In this document: positions 63,100 to 64,000 of the stretch, piece after piece
Layout: every line of letters begins with the position of its first letter
Position numbering within the stretch: the first letter of the stretch is position 1
Assembly: GCF_036321535.1 (NCBI RefSeq)
Contig: NC_087436.1
Coordinates: 104,782,001 to 104,846,000, forward strand
Source of the DNA: Camelus dromedarius
Lineage: Eukaryota
Reading direction: 5' to 3'
DNA: 64,000 bases
Program-made: the position numbers and the translations under genes
Notes under the pieces: model-generated
Told to the model about the DNA's origin: nothing
The model's input: only the letters and a program-made list of their open reading frames with translations
Database searches by the model: none

Positions 63100-64000
63100 T
63101 AACTGTTTCAGAGCAGCCGAGCGGCCCAAGCAAATTGTCTGAGCTGTTAGACCCAGCCACGCGCTTCCCAGAGCACAGAGCTGGCGCGAGCTGGGGATCC
63201 CTCGAGCAGGACCCCTGGCCTGGAGGCGGAATCCGAGTTGGCAACCAGCCAGTCCCAATCTGTGTCCCCAGGGCCAAAGATGCACCTGGATATATGTTTT
63301 TTAAAGCTGTTCGCGCACTTCAAGAGCCTCACCCCTTTCACTTGGGGCTTGAGCGCAATTGCATTGGCCTAATTAATTCATTTTCTTCTCGGTCCAAAGT
63401 GGAAGCCGTGGCCCAGGGATGCAAATCAAATCCAAAGCCGCTTTGGGCGCTGATACTCTGGACAATTAAAACAAAGAGCTCGGCGGCGGCGGCGCCAGCC
63501 CCGCACAAAACCCTCGAGAAGCATCCAGAACGTGCCACGAACCAGCCGGCAGGGTGGGGCACAACCCGGGCTAAAAATATGTCTGCAGGGAGACGGCCCC
63601 ACCCCTGTAGGTGGACAGGTGTTTGTTGGCAGGGGTCAAAATCCATCCTCAAGGAATGGAAGCTGGGCCGCTGCGTGGCGCAACTCCAGGGGGCACACTC
63701 GCCCTGCGCCGGGCGGGAATGGCGCCCTCGCCAAAAAAGCCACCAAACAAAAACCCATTGCACGGGCGGGAACTGGGCTGCGCGACCCGCCAAAGGAGTG
63801 GGTGGGAGAGAAGGGATGTGCCGGAGAGGAATAGAATGAGAAAGGGAGGGAGGAGAGAGAGGAAACTGAGAGGGAGAGAAAGGAGAAAGTGCAAAAAAAA
63901 AAAAGCGGGGTTACGAAGAGAGAGGTGAGAGTGAGAGAACTGGGGTGAGGGAAAGAGGGAAACGGAGGGGAGCGGGATCATGGGGAGGAAGAGAGCGGAA
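63100..64000. promoter_or_regulatory. CpG-rich region, probable start of the CpG island/promoter of the next gene (likely SEL1L3, by synteny only)
   Basis: Sharp rise in CpG from about 63110, (GGC)n at 63483-63494, CCAAT/ATTGG boxes, octamer ATGCAAAT at 63419-63426. In human, SEL1L3 lies head-to-head a few tens of kb upstream of SMIM20 (recalled). No SEL1L3 coding sequence is visible in the window. Confidence 0.65.

Noticed and set aside
63135..63839. Longest ORF in the track (234 aa, +) and overlapping ORFs
   Set aside because: Non-ATG start, GC-rich stop-poor context, several overlapping frames equally open, no recognisable domain; typical CpG-island artefact.
1..64000. CRISPR arrays, operons, prokaryotic-type systems, intact transposase or reverse-transcriptase ORFs, snoRNA or miRNA genes
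   Set aside because: The sequence is eukaryotic and repeat-rich; I saw no regularly spaced direct repeats, no long intact ORFs and no convincing C/D or H/ACA box architecture.

Overview
Mammalian genomic DNA, most likely from a camelid (alpaca/llama/camel), judging by three copies of a tRNA-derived SINE that match the camelid Vic-1 family as I recall it. The only protein-coding gene I can support is SMIM20 (C4orf52/MITRAC7, the phoenixin precursor) on the minus strand. It has three coding exons (19782-19674, 9597-9541, 8771-8734) that splice through GT-AG introns to a 67-aa protein, [67 protein letters not shown]. It has a CpG-island/GC-box promoter at about 19.6-20.1 kb and two AATAAA signals at about 8.2 kb. 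The roughly 43 kb beyond the promoter is intergenic and packed with old repeats (L2, MIR, L1M, MaLR/ERVL solo LTRs, hAT-Charlie MERs), with a few repeat-poor, motif-rich blocks that look like enhancers. A second CpG-rich region starts at about 63.1 kb; by recalled human synteny it is probably the promoter flank of the divergently oriented SEL1L3. Nearly all other ORF-track entries are spurious. I found no evidence for a previously undescribed biological system; the findings are modest regulatory, splicing and transposon observations. Repeat family names come from memory of consensus sequences, and boundaries are approximate unless target-site duplications (TSDs) are given.
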